From assembly GCF_009914755.1 (NCBI RefSeq), contig NC_060944.1: a DNA stretch of 64,000 nt. The stretch is one strand, 5' to 3'. Position numbers and translations under genes: made by a program. Below, piece after piece: positions 15,813 through 28,946 of this stretch; within the stretch, counting starts at the first letter, position 1, and each line of letters begins with the position of its first letter. The notes below the pieces were generated by a model. That model saw nothing but the letters and a program-made list of their open reading frames with translations, ran no database searches and had not been told where the DNA came from. The DNA is from the human T2T-CHM13v2.0 reference genome, Homo sapiens.

Positions 15813-17960
15813 GTGGAGTGTTGGTAGAATATGCATGTATCAAGTAATGAGATGCAAAGAAGTGGGGTAGTTCTATGCAGCATTTCTGCTGTTTTGGCAA
15901 GAAGAGAACACATAAGCAAGTATATGAGCTAGGAAAAATGAGCTGTGTAATTTTCGTGATTCAGCACATGAATTACATGTTCTTATATTAACATTTAGAA
16001 AGGACATTATACAATATAAAGGTAAATGGTGAAATTCATGCCCATAATTTAAAATTTCAGTTTTTTGTTTTTACTTATGACATCAAATAGCAATAAAAAA
16101 CCTACAGTGACAAGTTGAGAGGAAGAAAGGAAAAATGTTTGTATTTTAGTTCCTTTGACCCACTTTTTTTCCTGCTTTTGGAACAGGAAGTTCACGTTTT
16201 CATTTTATACTGGGTCTCCTGATTCCGTAGCCGCCCTGTCCTGAAGGTGCCCCTTGAGAAGAAGGCAACTGAGCGGGACTGGGGATTGTTCGTTGACTTT
16301 TTCTGTCTCTTTTGTGCTTCTTCATGTGGCTCCCACCCAGGACTGATGCTCGCCTTTTAAAACTCGCAGTCCAGTCATTTAATAATTGACCTCGGTTGAG
16401 GACAGAAGCCACAGGGTTCCTATTTTAATCAAATCCTCAAGCCAGTCACAGTGACTGCACAGAGCTAAATGCTATAGAATTATTTTCCTCATCACTGAAT
16501 TCCTTTTAGAGTTGTACCTTCAGAACAAAGAAAGAAAGAGGATCATTTGGTTATCAAAGGGAGCCAGCCCCCCAATTTATTTTCCTTCAGCTGTCATGCA
16601 AATTTCAAGCGGAGCCCTAGCAGGATGGCTTTGAAGATAAAGATCACAGTGCCGTCCGAGGGAGGCTTCAATAGGGTTTCTGATGATCCTCTGATTTACT
16701 TGGAGAAGGAAGAAAAGAGCAGACAACAATAGGAAGAACTCAGCTCTGAAGACATAAAAGCCAGTGTCTAATTCTGGTCCTCTCTTTGCCTGGAGGAAAT
16801 GTCAGTTAATAGTGAGAGGGTCAGACAGGGCTAGTCTAGGATTTCCCCAAATGTGTTCCATGAGATGCCAATTGAGGTTCCTAAGACGGGGAGAAAAAAA
16901 GTTTGTTCTTAAGTGAATTTTTGGTAAGTGTTGAGTCAAACCAAGTACTTCGCAGAGTTGTTGGAGCCTTACATTTAGTAAACAGTAGGTCCAATGCATA
17001 TAAAAGATGCAGTGTTTTTCTTGCAACCAATTTGACTGGTGGTTGTTACATCAGTAGTTTCTTGTTTCCTGTTGGGACTCAGAAAAATAATTAATTCAGT
17101 AGCTTCCAATAACTAGGAGGTGAGGACAGGCCTTTACTCTCAAACATGGCCATCAATTAGTGGTTTCCAGTGCAAAATGCACCACATTTCCAGATACTTG
17201 CTAATAACCATTTGTCAGCAGACACAAAGACAGTGATATGGGCTGAGCAGTGAGCTCTCTGTACTTTCAGATGTTCTGCTTGCATTGCATGGGAAAGATT
17301 TCTTGAGGCCGATAGGACAATATTCTGGCAGTAACATTCAGCTGAGTTTCCAGCTGGAGGTGGAGGAGTTCAAATGAAGACCAGTTGGGAATTCTAAGCT
17401 TGTGAGGGCACCATTTTGCAAGTGAAGGTACTTGCTGGGGCCCGCAGGAGCTGTACTCCGTAATCCCCCAAAGAATGGGAATGTCCACAGTGTTTCTAGC
17501 TATTCCATTTATCCTTGCATACCCTTTATTCACCAAGAGCGCACTTCTAAAACCCACTTTTTCATTAACAAACTTCTGGTGTTGACAAGGAATAAAAATA
17601 GCAGAAGCCACTTCTGGAGTAAGGAGTTTTGATTCCTGTGTTTCGTTTGAGTTTTTCTTTTACCAAATGCCAACTCACAACTCCTGGAATGTAAATTTCC
17701 AATTAGTGTCTTTGTCGTCTTTGCTATTTTAAACTAAATTGTAGATCCTAGAATAGTTTTTGAAACATTGGAGAATTCTTTTCCTTGAAATATCTTTTAG
17801 GGTTGAGATTCCAAGGACGCCACTTTAGGAACTGTTGTGTGGGAGGAAAGACTTGTGCTCTGAGAGACCTCTCAGTTATAATGTGGTTGTGTTACATTGA
17901 TCGTTGATTGTTTTCTCAGCTTGGTAGTGATAATAACTTTTTAAATGCCTTTCAAGGAGC

Positions 17961-18501
17961 TATAGGGGAGAAAAAAAATCTTTCTTCACTTATCACTAGG
18001 CTTATGGCTCAGACCCCTATGACAAAAGACAGATTAGCAAGAGAAAAGCATAATAAATATATTTAATAGAAACGTTCCCTGACATGGGAAACTTGATTAA
18101 TAAAAACTCACAGACCCAGGGAAAACTATTTTTACAGATAGTAAGAAGTACGAATGGAGGACAAAAGGGTGTGATCCAATAGTAATAAACTCAGGGGAGC
18201 TTAGCAAGGCCTGTTTGTTCCAATTCTTCTTGGTTTCCCTGTGTGATGTTCCTTCCCTCTGGGTATAGGGCAGGACATCTGTCACAAGAGGATTTTCAGG
18301 GCAGAAGAGAAGGAGAAGGTAGAGACTGACCTTCCTGGATTTTATGGCCCTCAGAGAAGAAGGGACAAGGGGAATGTTAGTTTCTATGGCCTGCTTTAGG
18401 GTAGAAAGTGACAAGAGAAGGTCAGAGAGATCTTTCTGCTTCTGTTCTTTTTTCAATATCCAAGGTGCCAGATTTTGGGGTTACCATTTTGTACACCCCA
18501 C
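17961..18501 (-). mobile_element. ERV1 solo LTR (MER39/MER34-like)
   Basis: acaaaagacagattagcaagagaaa...aaggtgccagattttgggg; homologous to 21225-21720. Confidence 0.75.
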
Positions 18502-18523
18502 TAGTACTATAAGAAAGAGTCAT

Positions 18524-18898
<375 letters not shown>

Positions 18899-19569
18899 TC
18901 AGAGGCTAGTTAAGATCAAATGAAGTTATCTGTATGGAAATTCTTTGGCAATTGTAAGATGATCAGGTGTGAGGTGCTTTTATGGTTCGTTCCAAATCAA
19001 ATGCCTCTCCTCATCATGTCATGCAGACTGAAATGAAAGAGTATGTATAAAATAAAAGATGCTCATGGTCTTATACGTAAAGACACCCATAAATTCCATG
19101 TTGTAGGGGAGGGACAAAGGGAATTAGTACTTACTGAGAAGGCGCTTTGTTCCAGAGATTTTTTTTTTTTAATAATCCTACTTGATGCTCATGTACGCGT
19201 GAGTATTTTATTTTCAGAGGAGGAAATTGAGAGAGGGGGGAAGCACTCAAATTTTGATAGCCAGGAAGTAGGAATGGTCTTGAATTGAGCCAGTCAGAAT
19301 TCTAAAACTGGCACTATTTCTACCACACTGTGAAATCTCGTTATTCTACTTGGCCTTGGTGTTCCTTGCTGTACAATGGGGCAATTCTGGCTACTCCCCC
19401 AGAGCATGCTAGTGGGAAAAATAAGTGAGTTTTTCATTATGACAACTTTGGCCCATCATTTTTTAAGGCCAAGCATCTAAGTAATAATTGAGCCATCCAT
19501 CAGCATTAGTAAGAGGCAGAATACTTTTTTTTATTTTAACTAAGAAAATTAGTTATTCTTATATTTCAA

Positions 19570-19945
19570 CCAGGGGCCAAGTTCAAATGCGTATGGTGGC
19601 TGGGTAGGAAATGGTCCACGTGTGAGGTTGGGCCTACCTGGAGGGCAGTGGGGTCCATGGAGACTGGGGAGCAGAGCCCCTGTCGAATGGGCAAATTCAC
19701 TCAAATCCGGCCAAATGAGGCTATATGGGAGTGTGGGGTCCCAAAGTTTCTAAATCTTCAGTTTTTGTTTTTGTGTTTTTGATTAATTAGAAGCTAGAAC
19801 TTCTAGTGTGTGCAATGTCCCAGTTTTTAAGAATTGAAACTAATGAAAAAGAATCTTGTGTTGGTTAATACCTTGTAGGTCAGAGAATAGAAGAAAATGT
19901 CAGTGAGCCAAAATCAGCAGTAGGCCTTCCATTTAAACCCTCCAA
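19570..19945 (+). mobile_element. MER103C-like hAT-Charlie
   Basis: ttcaaatgc...gggcagtggggtccatggagactgg...tgggagtgtgggg, diverged match to the recalled consensus. Confidence 0.6.
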
Positions 19946-19954
19946 GTTAAATTG

Positions 19955-19969
19955 GGTTGCTATGGAGAT
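19955..19969. promoter_or_regulatory. RFX X-box-like motif
   Basis: GGTTGCTATGGAGAT against GTTRCYATRGNAAC. Confidence 0.45.
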
Positions 19970-20859
19970 TGTTAATTGTATATTAGCCATTAATAATATT
20001 ATTTTATAAGTGGAGAGAGACAAAGTGATGCTTGTGTAACATGGTGGCACCTACTGACCATATGATTCCCAGGGTAGGGTAAGGCGATCTTTCTTCCATT
20101 AATTCTGCTTTTCTAATCAGTTAATATTTTTACTCCTTTTTTTTTTTTCCCTGAGACTTTAAAGCTCTGACCCCTTAATTCATCTTCTTTAGCACCAACA
20201 GTGTGGGGAGTTTCATAATAGCCTGACAGTCCAGTAAATACCTTTGTCCAGATGTTACTAATAGACTGATAGATGTGAAACTTGATCACAGTTATCTGGA
20301 AAGACTGAAAATGCCGTGACCTTAGTCTTTGCATGAAGGTCCCTTAAAATAGTTTTTGGTTTTTGGTTATGAATCAACCTTCTTATAGAAAACCAAACTG
20401 ATGGAATATTGCTTTTGTGCTGTAACATTATTTGATATGTAACATCTAACATCTGTCAAAACAGGAAAGTTATCTCTTCAAGTGGCAGCAGCAGATTGGA
20501 TGCAACATTTAAGCAATGACAAATGGTTGTTGAAGTCAAGTGACTTAGAGAAAGAACTTAAAGGGAAATAGAAAATAGAGACTTTCCTCATGGGAGGTTG
20601 TGTCCCTGAAGGTTAAAACTATGTGTCATGGAATTCAGATTCAGACCTAAGTCTGAATCTCACCTTCTGCCACTTATCAGCTGCATAAGTTTAGATAAGT
20701 AACTTTAACTGTTGTTTGTTTCCTCATCTCTCAGATAATTAAAACAATGCCTAACTTAGAATGTGTTTAGGATTACTTCATGAAATAATAAGGCCCTCAG
20801 ATAGGATCTTTCATAGAATTGGTCTCAAGAATGTTATCGGTTTTGAAAAAAATGTCTAT

Positions 20860-21220
20860 TGATATGGTTTGGCTGTGTCCCCACCCAAATCTCATCTTAA
20901 ATTGTAGCTCCCATAATTCCCATGTGTTGTGGGAGGGAGCTGGTGGGAGATATTTGAATCATGGAGGTGGTTTCCCCCACACTGTTCTTGGGGTAGTGAA
21001 TAAGTCTCAGAAGATCTGATGGTTTTATAAGGGCAAACTCCTTTCATTGCTTCTCATTCTTTCTTGTCTGCCACCATGTAAGACATGCCTTTCACCTTCC
21101 ACCATGATTGTGAGGTCTCCCCAGCCACTTGGAACTGTGAGTCCATTAAACCTCTTTTTCTTTATAAATTATCCAGTCTCAAGTATATCATTATCAGCAG
21201 CATGAAAATGGACAAATACA
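20860..21220 (+). mobile_element. THE1C-like solo LTR
   Basis: tgatatggtttggctgtgtccccacccaaatctc...gagtccattaaacctc...aataca; TSD tctat/gctat. Confidence 0.9.
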
Positions 21221-21224
21221 GCTA

Positions 21225-21720
21225 TGTAGCGGGAAAAAAATCTCTTTTCCTTACCTGTGCTGAAGTTCATGGCTAAGACTCCTGTCACAAAAGACATATT
21301 AACAAGAGAAGAGTATACAAATTTATTTAATGTGACACAAGAGGCTTCAAAATGAAGACCTTAAAGTTTTACATGACACAGGAGATTTCAAAAATAAAGA
21401 TTTTCTAGAAAAAGGAAAACCTGTATATTTTTATGGACAGTCACATAGAAGTATAATTGGAAGAAAAATGTGATCCAATGGTAATAAACTGGGAGGAACT
21501 TAGGTAGGCCTCTTTGTTCAGATTCTTCTTGGATTCTCTGTGTGACATCCCTCCTATCGGGTCTTTGAGGGAGAAGGGAAGGAGAATGTCAGTGACTTTC
21601 CTAGGTTTTATGTCCTGTTTCAGGAAAGATGAGGTGGAAAGTAAGAGATACCTTCCTGCTTCTACTGTTTTCACAAGTGCTAAGGTGCCAGATTTTGGGG
21701 TAGTTTTCTGAGCACCATCA
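21225..21720 (-). mobile_element. ERV1 solo LTR (MER39/MER34-like)
   Basis: TG...CA ends, 4-bp TSD gcta/gtta, homologous to 17961-18501. Confidence 0.78.
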
Positions 21721-21859
21721 GTTATCAATTTTGAGGATTGATCAATAGTGAAGGGTTCCTGGCTTCCTAAATACTTACTTCCTATACTATGTCATTTCAA
21801 TGCTAAAAAATTCCAAATCAGATAGGATAAAACATTGGCATTTACTATCATAATGCTCT

Positions 21860-22142
21860 TCTAAACAATCAGCTTCATAGAGTTCTAATTGACATAATAT
21901 CTGGTCTTTTGTAAGTGTAGTTGAGGAGTTTTGGCAAAGGTACACAGTGACATAACCACTGTCACAACCAAGATATCAAGATTTAGATCATTTCATCACC
22001 TCAAGGAGTTTCCTCCTAAATCTTCCTAATCAACTCCCCCCACCCTTTGGCCTTAGGAAACCATTTATTTGCTTTCTCACTCAATTGTTTTGTCTTTTCT
22101 AGAATTTTATATAGATGGAATTATACAGTATGTACTCTTTTT
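21860..22142 (-). mobile_element. L1M 3' end fragment
   Basis: ataaccactgtcacaaccaagata...ttttctagaattttatatagatggaattatacagtatgtactcttt. Confidence 0.75.
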
Positions 22143-22986
22143 AAAACTGTGGGGTGAAATCAATTTAATGTGTTGCAACCATCATTCTCTAAATAAGACA
22201 GAAAATATCAGAGTGAATCACACTTGATAATGGTGAGTATGTTTTGTGAAACTTTGTTTTCAGTGTGTATCTCTTCATGTATATTTCTCTGTGTCCTGAA
22301 TCATAATATAAGCTCTATTCATCACTGATAAATGGAAACAACTTTCACCTATTATTTGAGCCAGTTTTTTTTTTTTTTTTTTGTCCAGAGGACTAGAAAT
22401 TGGAATGACAAGAGCTGATATATCATTGTGTGTTCTCCTTTGTGCCACAGAAGGTGATGAGGAATTATCTCATTTAATCCTCCCTACAAGCCTATTAGGA
22501 AAGCACATCTGCCTTTTACAGGGGAGGAGCCTGAGGCTCGGGGAAGCTAAGTTCAAGTTCTCATAACTGGTGAGAATAGAAGCTAAAGTTGAAACCATGG
22601 GCAGTTAAGAAGCAGCCTGGACATGTGGCTGATAAGACTGGAGAAGGGGAAGGATTGGCATACAAATATAACTATGTATTCTCTTGGCTGTTATTAGATT
22701 ATCAAATTGCTAATGGACAAGTACTAAGTACTAAATGCCAATCCCGCCGCAGGATGCGGCAAGTCAGAGCAGGCAGAAAGGTGTGTTTTCTGCCCACAGA
22801 TAGGATATAAAGTTGTCCAGAACTGGGCAGCAAAGAGTGTGGGCTTGGGTGATAGACCCGGACTCCAGTTCCTGTTCTGCTGCTTACAGGTTCCTTGACC
22901 CTTAGCGGGACCTCGGTCTCTCTGAGGTTCAGGTTCCTACTTTGTAAAATAGTGATTTGTAGGACTTTGTGAGGAGTCAGATAAGG

Positions 22987-23163
22987 TGGGCTTTCTCCCC
23001 CTCGGCATTATTGATCACCTGAGCTGGCTCATTCTCTGCGGCGGGGGCTGCCCTGCGCACTGCAGGGTGCTTAGCAGCATCTTTGGACTTCACCCACTAG
23101 ATGGCAGTAGCACCCCCACCAGGTATAATCACCGTAAACAAAATTTCCCCAGTTGAAAACTAC
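22987..23163 (-). mobile_element. MER20 (internally deleted)
   Basis: ctcggcattattga...gggggctgccctgcgcactgcaggg...ttagcagcatc...cccactagatggcagtagcacccc is the reverse complement of the MER20 consensus. Confidence 0.88.
23091..23110 (+). promoter_or_regulatory. CTCF motif within MER20
   Basis: CACCCACTAGATGGCAGTAG; core CCACTAGATGGCAG fits the consensus. Confidence 0.7.
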
Positions 23164-23195
23164 AAAAATAACTCATGAATAAAATGTCCCTTCCC

Positions 23196-23340
23196 GGCTG
23201 GCTGCAATGGCTTGCACCCGTTGTCCCAGCTACTCCAGAGGCTGAGGAGGCAGGATGGACTGAACCCAGGAGTTGTGAGTCTTGCTTGGGCAACATAGTG
23301 AGACCCTGTCTCTAAGAAAAGAGCAAGAAAAAGAAACAAA
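23196..23340 (+). mobile_element. FLAM_A (free Alu monomer)
   Basis: Single monomer ending gagaccctgtctct plus A-rich tail. Confidence 0.8.
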
Positions 23341-23365
23341 TACAGTGTCTACATCTACAAGTCAC

Positions 23366-23413
23366 ATGGACAAATGGGATCATATCAAGTTAAAAAGCTT
23401 CTGCACGGCCAAG
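23366..23413 (+). mobile_element. Isolated ~48-bp internal L1 ORF2 fragment
   Basis: Translates MDKWDHIKLKSFCTAK, matching L1 ORF2p IDKWDLIKLKSFCTAKE. Confidence 0.85.
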
Positions 23414-23729
23414 AATCCCCTTCTCTTTTACCGTCATAAAATGAAAGTTCTGTCGCATATCAGCAGATAACAGCAGATGGAGGAGTAGGGGACCAGCTGC
23501 CCAAGCAGCAAATGGACTTCGGCTCACATGGCCCAACATCTCTGGGGGATCTGAGTGAGGCAGCACTGAGTCCTGGTAAGGAGGTTGTGTTTCAGAGCCA
23601 GCCTGCCTGGGTTTGGGTCCAGGCTCTGCTGCTTCTACTGTTAATCTTTAGGTAGGTTAAACAATTTGCATCTCTGTTTCCTCATTTTTAAAATGGGAAT
23701 AGCAATCATCCCTTCCTTTTAAAGTTCTT

Positions 23730-24065
<336 letters not shown>

Positions 24066-24207
24066 TTAAATAGTGTAATAAATGTAATAAATGTAAAGTC
24101 TTCAGGATAGTGCCTGGTACAGGGCTATCACTCAAATAAACATTAGTTTCTATTAATGATATTATTTTAGATAGGTTAGAAGCCAATGCTGCATAAAGAT
24201 TGTTCTC

Positions 24208-24321
24208 ACCATGACCAACTTATCGTAGCTTTCCCTGGACTTTCCTGCTTATAGCATAGAAAATCCCAAGGCTGGGGAAAAAACCCTTGTACTGGGCAAA
24301 CTGGGACACGTGGTCGCACTA
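24208..24321. mobile_element. MER81 (hAT-Blackjack)
   Basis: tgaccaact...ggactttcc...gggcaaactgggacacgtggtcgcacta. Confidence 0.7.
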
Positions 24322-24419
24322 GTCAGATCCCAGTACAACAGTCAATATTTTGTTGCGTCCTGTCCATAGTTTTGTCCACAAACACTGTGTGATTTCATTA
24401 CCAAGACTTGTGCTCAGTA

Positions 24420-25242
24420 TTTACAATAACAAAGATACAAAATCAATGTAAATGTCCCTCAGTGGATGAAGGTATCAAGAAAGTGTGGAATATATATATA
24501 CGATGTAATATTGCTTGGCCCTCAAAAAGAATGATGGCAGGGCGCAGTGGCTCATGCCTGTAATCCCAGCACTTTGGGGGGCCGAGGTCAGGAGTTTGAG
24601 ACCAGCCTGGCTGACATGGCAAAACCCCATCTCTACTAAAAATACAAAAATTAGCCTTGAGTGGTGGTGATTGCCTGTAATCCCAGGTACTCAGGAGGCT
24701 GAGGCAGGAGGATTGCTTGAACCTGGGAGGCAGAGTTTGCAGTGAGCCGAGATCATTCCAGCCTGGGGACAGAGGAGAGCGAGAATCCATCTCAAAAAAG
24801 AAAAAGAAAAGGAAAAAAAATCATGTCATTTGCAGCAACATGGATGGAACTGGAGGTCATTATCATAAGTGAAATAAGCCAGGCACAGAAAGACAAATAT
24901 GGCATGTTCTCACTTATATGGGAGCTGAAAAATTGATCACATGGAGGTGGAGAGTAGAAAGATAAATATCAGACAGGGAAGGGTGAGTGGGATTGGGGAG
25001 GAGGATGAAGAGAAGTGGGTTAAAGGGTACAAACATAGTAAGATAGATGGAAGAAATTATTTATTCAATAGCAGAGTAGTGACTATACTTAAAAATGTAT
25101 TGTACTTGGATAATGGACACCCTGAATACTGAATACCATTCATAACTACACATTATATACATGTAACAAAATTTTGCATGTGCTCCATACATGTGTACAA
25201 ATAAAAAATATAAAAACATAAACAATTGGAAGCTTATAAACA
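24420..25242 (+). mobile_element. 5'-truncated L1MA with intact TSD, containing an AluS (24537-24810)
   Basis: tcatgtcatttgcagcaacatggatggaactggagg...; TSD aaga(c/a)ttgtgctcagta at 24403-24419 and 25243-25259. Confidence 0.9.
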
Positions 25243-25769
25243 AAGAATTGTGCTCAGTAGCAAGGGTTCCATGATGCTCACGGTCCTATAGGAGAGGCAG
25301 CAATCAGCTGGGTTTGGGATCGCCAGGCCAGCAGAGCAGCAAGAGGCATCATGCGGCATACGCCGTGTTTCTATTGAGGGAACAGTACTTCAGGTAAACA
25401 TCAGCAAGCCGATAAGATTTCGCCAGGAAGAAGTAGATGTGAATGAGATACCTATTTTAATGGACCCAGAAAAGACAACTCTATTGTCTTACACTAGAAA
25501 ACAAGCGATTTGTATAAACGAATGCAGCCTGGGGAAACGGGTGCCACAGACTTGTTAGCTAATGGAAAGCGTAATTTTATATCTACTTCTCAGTTTTCCC
25601 AGGCACTAACAGAGGGCAGAGTGGCTTGGATTATCTTGCACTGGTGAAAATCTAAGAAGTCTCCCAGTTTTCTGCTAGGCTGAAACTTTCCTGATCTGAG
25701 ATCCTTTCAAAGATTTGGTCGTGCATTTAGAGAATCATTTTGCTTTAGATAAATTATGGTTGTTGAAGT

Positions 25770-26258
25770 TGACACTGCTGAATTGCCTATGCATTCTCCA
25801 TGTTCTTTCTTACTAACAACCCTGATTTTGTTTGGGGAAGCAATTATTCTAATTGAAAATACTTTTCCAGATCTGGGGTATCCTGGGACTCAATTACGTC
25901 CAATGAGATATAAGCAGAAGTCTCTGCAGAAGACGTCCTTCCACCCCTCTCCTCCCTAAAAAGCTTCTAGAAGTCAAGGTTTTTGTCCTCCGTCCTTAGC
26001 ACTCTCCCCTGCATCTTGCCTGGAATGCAAATAGGATGCTCAGAGGTGGAGAACCTTGCTTCCGCGAGGAGGAAAGAGGCTTGGTAATGATGCCAGAGAG
26101 GAAGTCAGCAAGAGTGTGGGTCCTTTATGACTCCCCATGAGTTGCTGTACCAACTGCGAATGACCACATCTGGACCTATGTCATAGAAAAATCTCCTGTT
26201 TGGTTAAGCCATTATAGATGGGTTTCCAGTATATGCAATCAAACAGAATCCTAACAGC
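25770..26258 (+). mobile_element. Old MLT1 LTR (MLT1I/J-like)
   Basis: ccaatgagatataagcagaagtc...cttgcctggaatgca...tttggttaagccatt...atgcaatcaaacagaatcctaac. Confidence 0.7.
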
Positions 26259-26339
26259 CAATAGGGGTTTATTTCCATGGTATTTTGTAAACATTGTGAA
26301 CAGCAAAACCTGGCAGATATGTGGATTTAGAACAGGTTT

Positions 26340-26365
26340 TGTGTGTGTGTGTGTGTGTGTGTGTG
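26340..26365. repeat. (TG)n microsatellite
   Basis: 13 TG units. Confidence 0.95.
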
Positions 26366-26404
26366 CACGGTTCTTTGAGTGAATGGAGTTTTTACACACC
26401 AGTG

Positions 26405-26920
<516 letters not shown>

Positions 26921-28585
26921 GGATACCTCCTCATGTCAAAAAGAAATTGGTCTCATTTCTTCTTGTTAATTTTCCATTCCAATTTCTTCCTTCTCTGGAT
27001 AAAGGAACATATATCTGCATTCAGCAGAGGAGGTGGGGGCACTGGAAAGGCTTCAGCCTTTGACAGAGCTGGGTTTGAACCCCGGCATGACTACACAACT
27101 TCTTTCATTTCTCTGGGTATCAGTTTTATAAAATGGATTGATTAATATCATGTATTTAATCAACAACTTGAATGCCCGTGATGTAGAAGTGATTTCTGTA
27201 GTGGGGTAGCACTCTTATGAGGACTATAGAAATTGATACATGTGGAACCCAATATTTGGCTCATGTTTGACACTCAGTAAATATTGTTTTTTTAAATCAC
27301 CTTCCATTTGGTTGTGAGTTGCTTGCCTATTGCACAGTCCAGTTACCTTCTCTACTGCTGTGTGGAACACTGGGATCAGGAAGGTGGCTTCCTCTAGGAA
27401 TACAGTCCTCGATCTTTGCAAAAGAGCGATCCTTTTCACTTGCGTGTAATTAAGACCCCATGCTTCTTCCCACAGTCATGACCATGAGATTCCATCATTC
27501 CTCTCTAATGACTTTGTTCTGTATCACTGTTTGTAAAATGCATTCCCCACACACAGCAATCAGAGAACAGTGTAACATCGGTTAATTCAAAGACCCACTT
27601 ATTCAACTCTCATTGGAAGAAGCTGTCAGGATTTCAAACATGGTTTTTTGTTGTCGTTGTGGGGATTTTTTTTTCTGCCTTATTATAACTCCCTTGAAGA
27701 TCAATCTGTGAAAAAAATCAATTGGTTATTAGAAAAATGCACATTTCCCCATTATAATATTATACTGTGCCTCATCAGAGTGCACTGAAGATTTTGTAGT
27801 ACGTTATAAAAGTGCCAAATATAATTTGTATGTAAATGTCTTATGTAAAGTCTTACTTTTATTTTTCTACCGCATACGGAAAAACACACCAAGTGAATTT
27901 GAGGCAAACACAATGATAGATCCCACTGTGATAAGAAAACACCCTAATGCAAAGTTGCCAGTAGGAAAGAAGACCCTTTCCTTGTGTTACTTTGTTTAGA
28001 GCCTGTTTGAGAAATATCAGCGCTTCTTTTCTACAGCAGACAGATAACTAAGGTTTCATTTCCTCTTCTATCAAATATGCCCATTTCAACCCATTTGTCT
28101 CCTGCCTGGTTCAGGAATTTTTAAAGAGGCACCAGAGAGAATTGTGTGCCATGATATTCTACCCTGGATGGGAATATGATCCTCTTGACACTGCCTTGTT
28201 GACACAGAACAAATTAACTCTATGATTGCCAAATCTTTTCCACTTTCCTGTTGTGTGGACAGGGCGTAGCTCAAGAGGCAGCATTGAGGTAAATCCTCAT
28301 GGGACCATCCTAATGACAGGGTACTCCCTTCCTTATCTGACCTGTGATTGGATGCCTAGGGTGTGCCTGGTAGTGGGCGGGGGCAATTGCTTTAAGAAAT
28401 CTGGTGGTTTCAAGCTCTAAACACATTCAACACACCATTTAACTATGCATTCAGATAATTTGGGGAAACTATGAATGTCTGAATCTCTCAAATATATTCC
28501 TGTTGTGTCTTCCATTTCATCTTTTCTCAACCTATTGTTTTGCTGAAAGCCAAAGTTTCCCAGGGGAGCAGGGAATGATAATTTA

Positions 28586-28946
28586 TGATGTGGTTTAGCT
28601 CTGTGTCCCCACCCAAATCTCACCTTGAACTGTAATCCCCATGTGTCGAGGAAAGGGCCTGGTGGGAGGTGATTGAATCATGGGGGTGGTTTCCCCCATG
28701 CTGTTCTCATGATAGTGAGTTCTCATGAGTTCTGATGGTTTTATAAGTGGCAGTTTCCCCTGTGCTTGCTCTCGTTCTCTCTCTCACCTGCTGCCATGTA
28801 AGATGTGCCTGCTTCCCCATCCACCATGATTGTAAGTTTCCTGAGGCCTCCCCAGCCATGCAGAACTGTGAGTCAATTAAACCTCCTTTATAAATTACCC
28901 AGTCTCAGGTAGTATCTTTATAACAGTGTGAAAATAGACTAATTCA
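28586..28946 (+). mobile_element. THE1D/MSTA solo LTR
   Basis: MaLR consensus motifs; TSD attta/atgta. Confidence 0.9.

Larger units (their letters stand above)
13833..16238 (+). mobile_element. hAT-Tip100 (Zaphod/MER91-related) element with both termini, interrupted by two LTRs
   Basis: Starts cagggctggtttcatgg...cttgatttaatgctctgctg and ends ttttcattttatactgggtc...gtagccgccctg, matching MER91-type ends. Confidence 0.7.

Noticed and set aside
22746-22794. Two adjacent small hairpins (gccgca/tgcggc and ggcagaaa/tttctgcc) as an ncRNA
   Set aside because: Stems of 6-8 bp are expected by chance in 64 kb; no Pol III boxes or known RNA motif.
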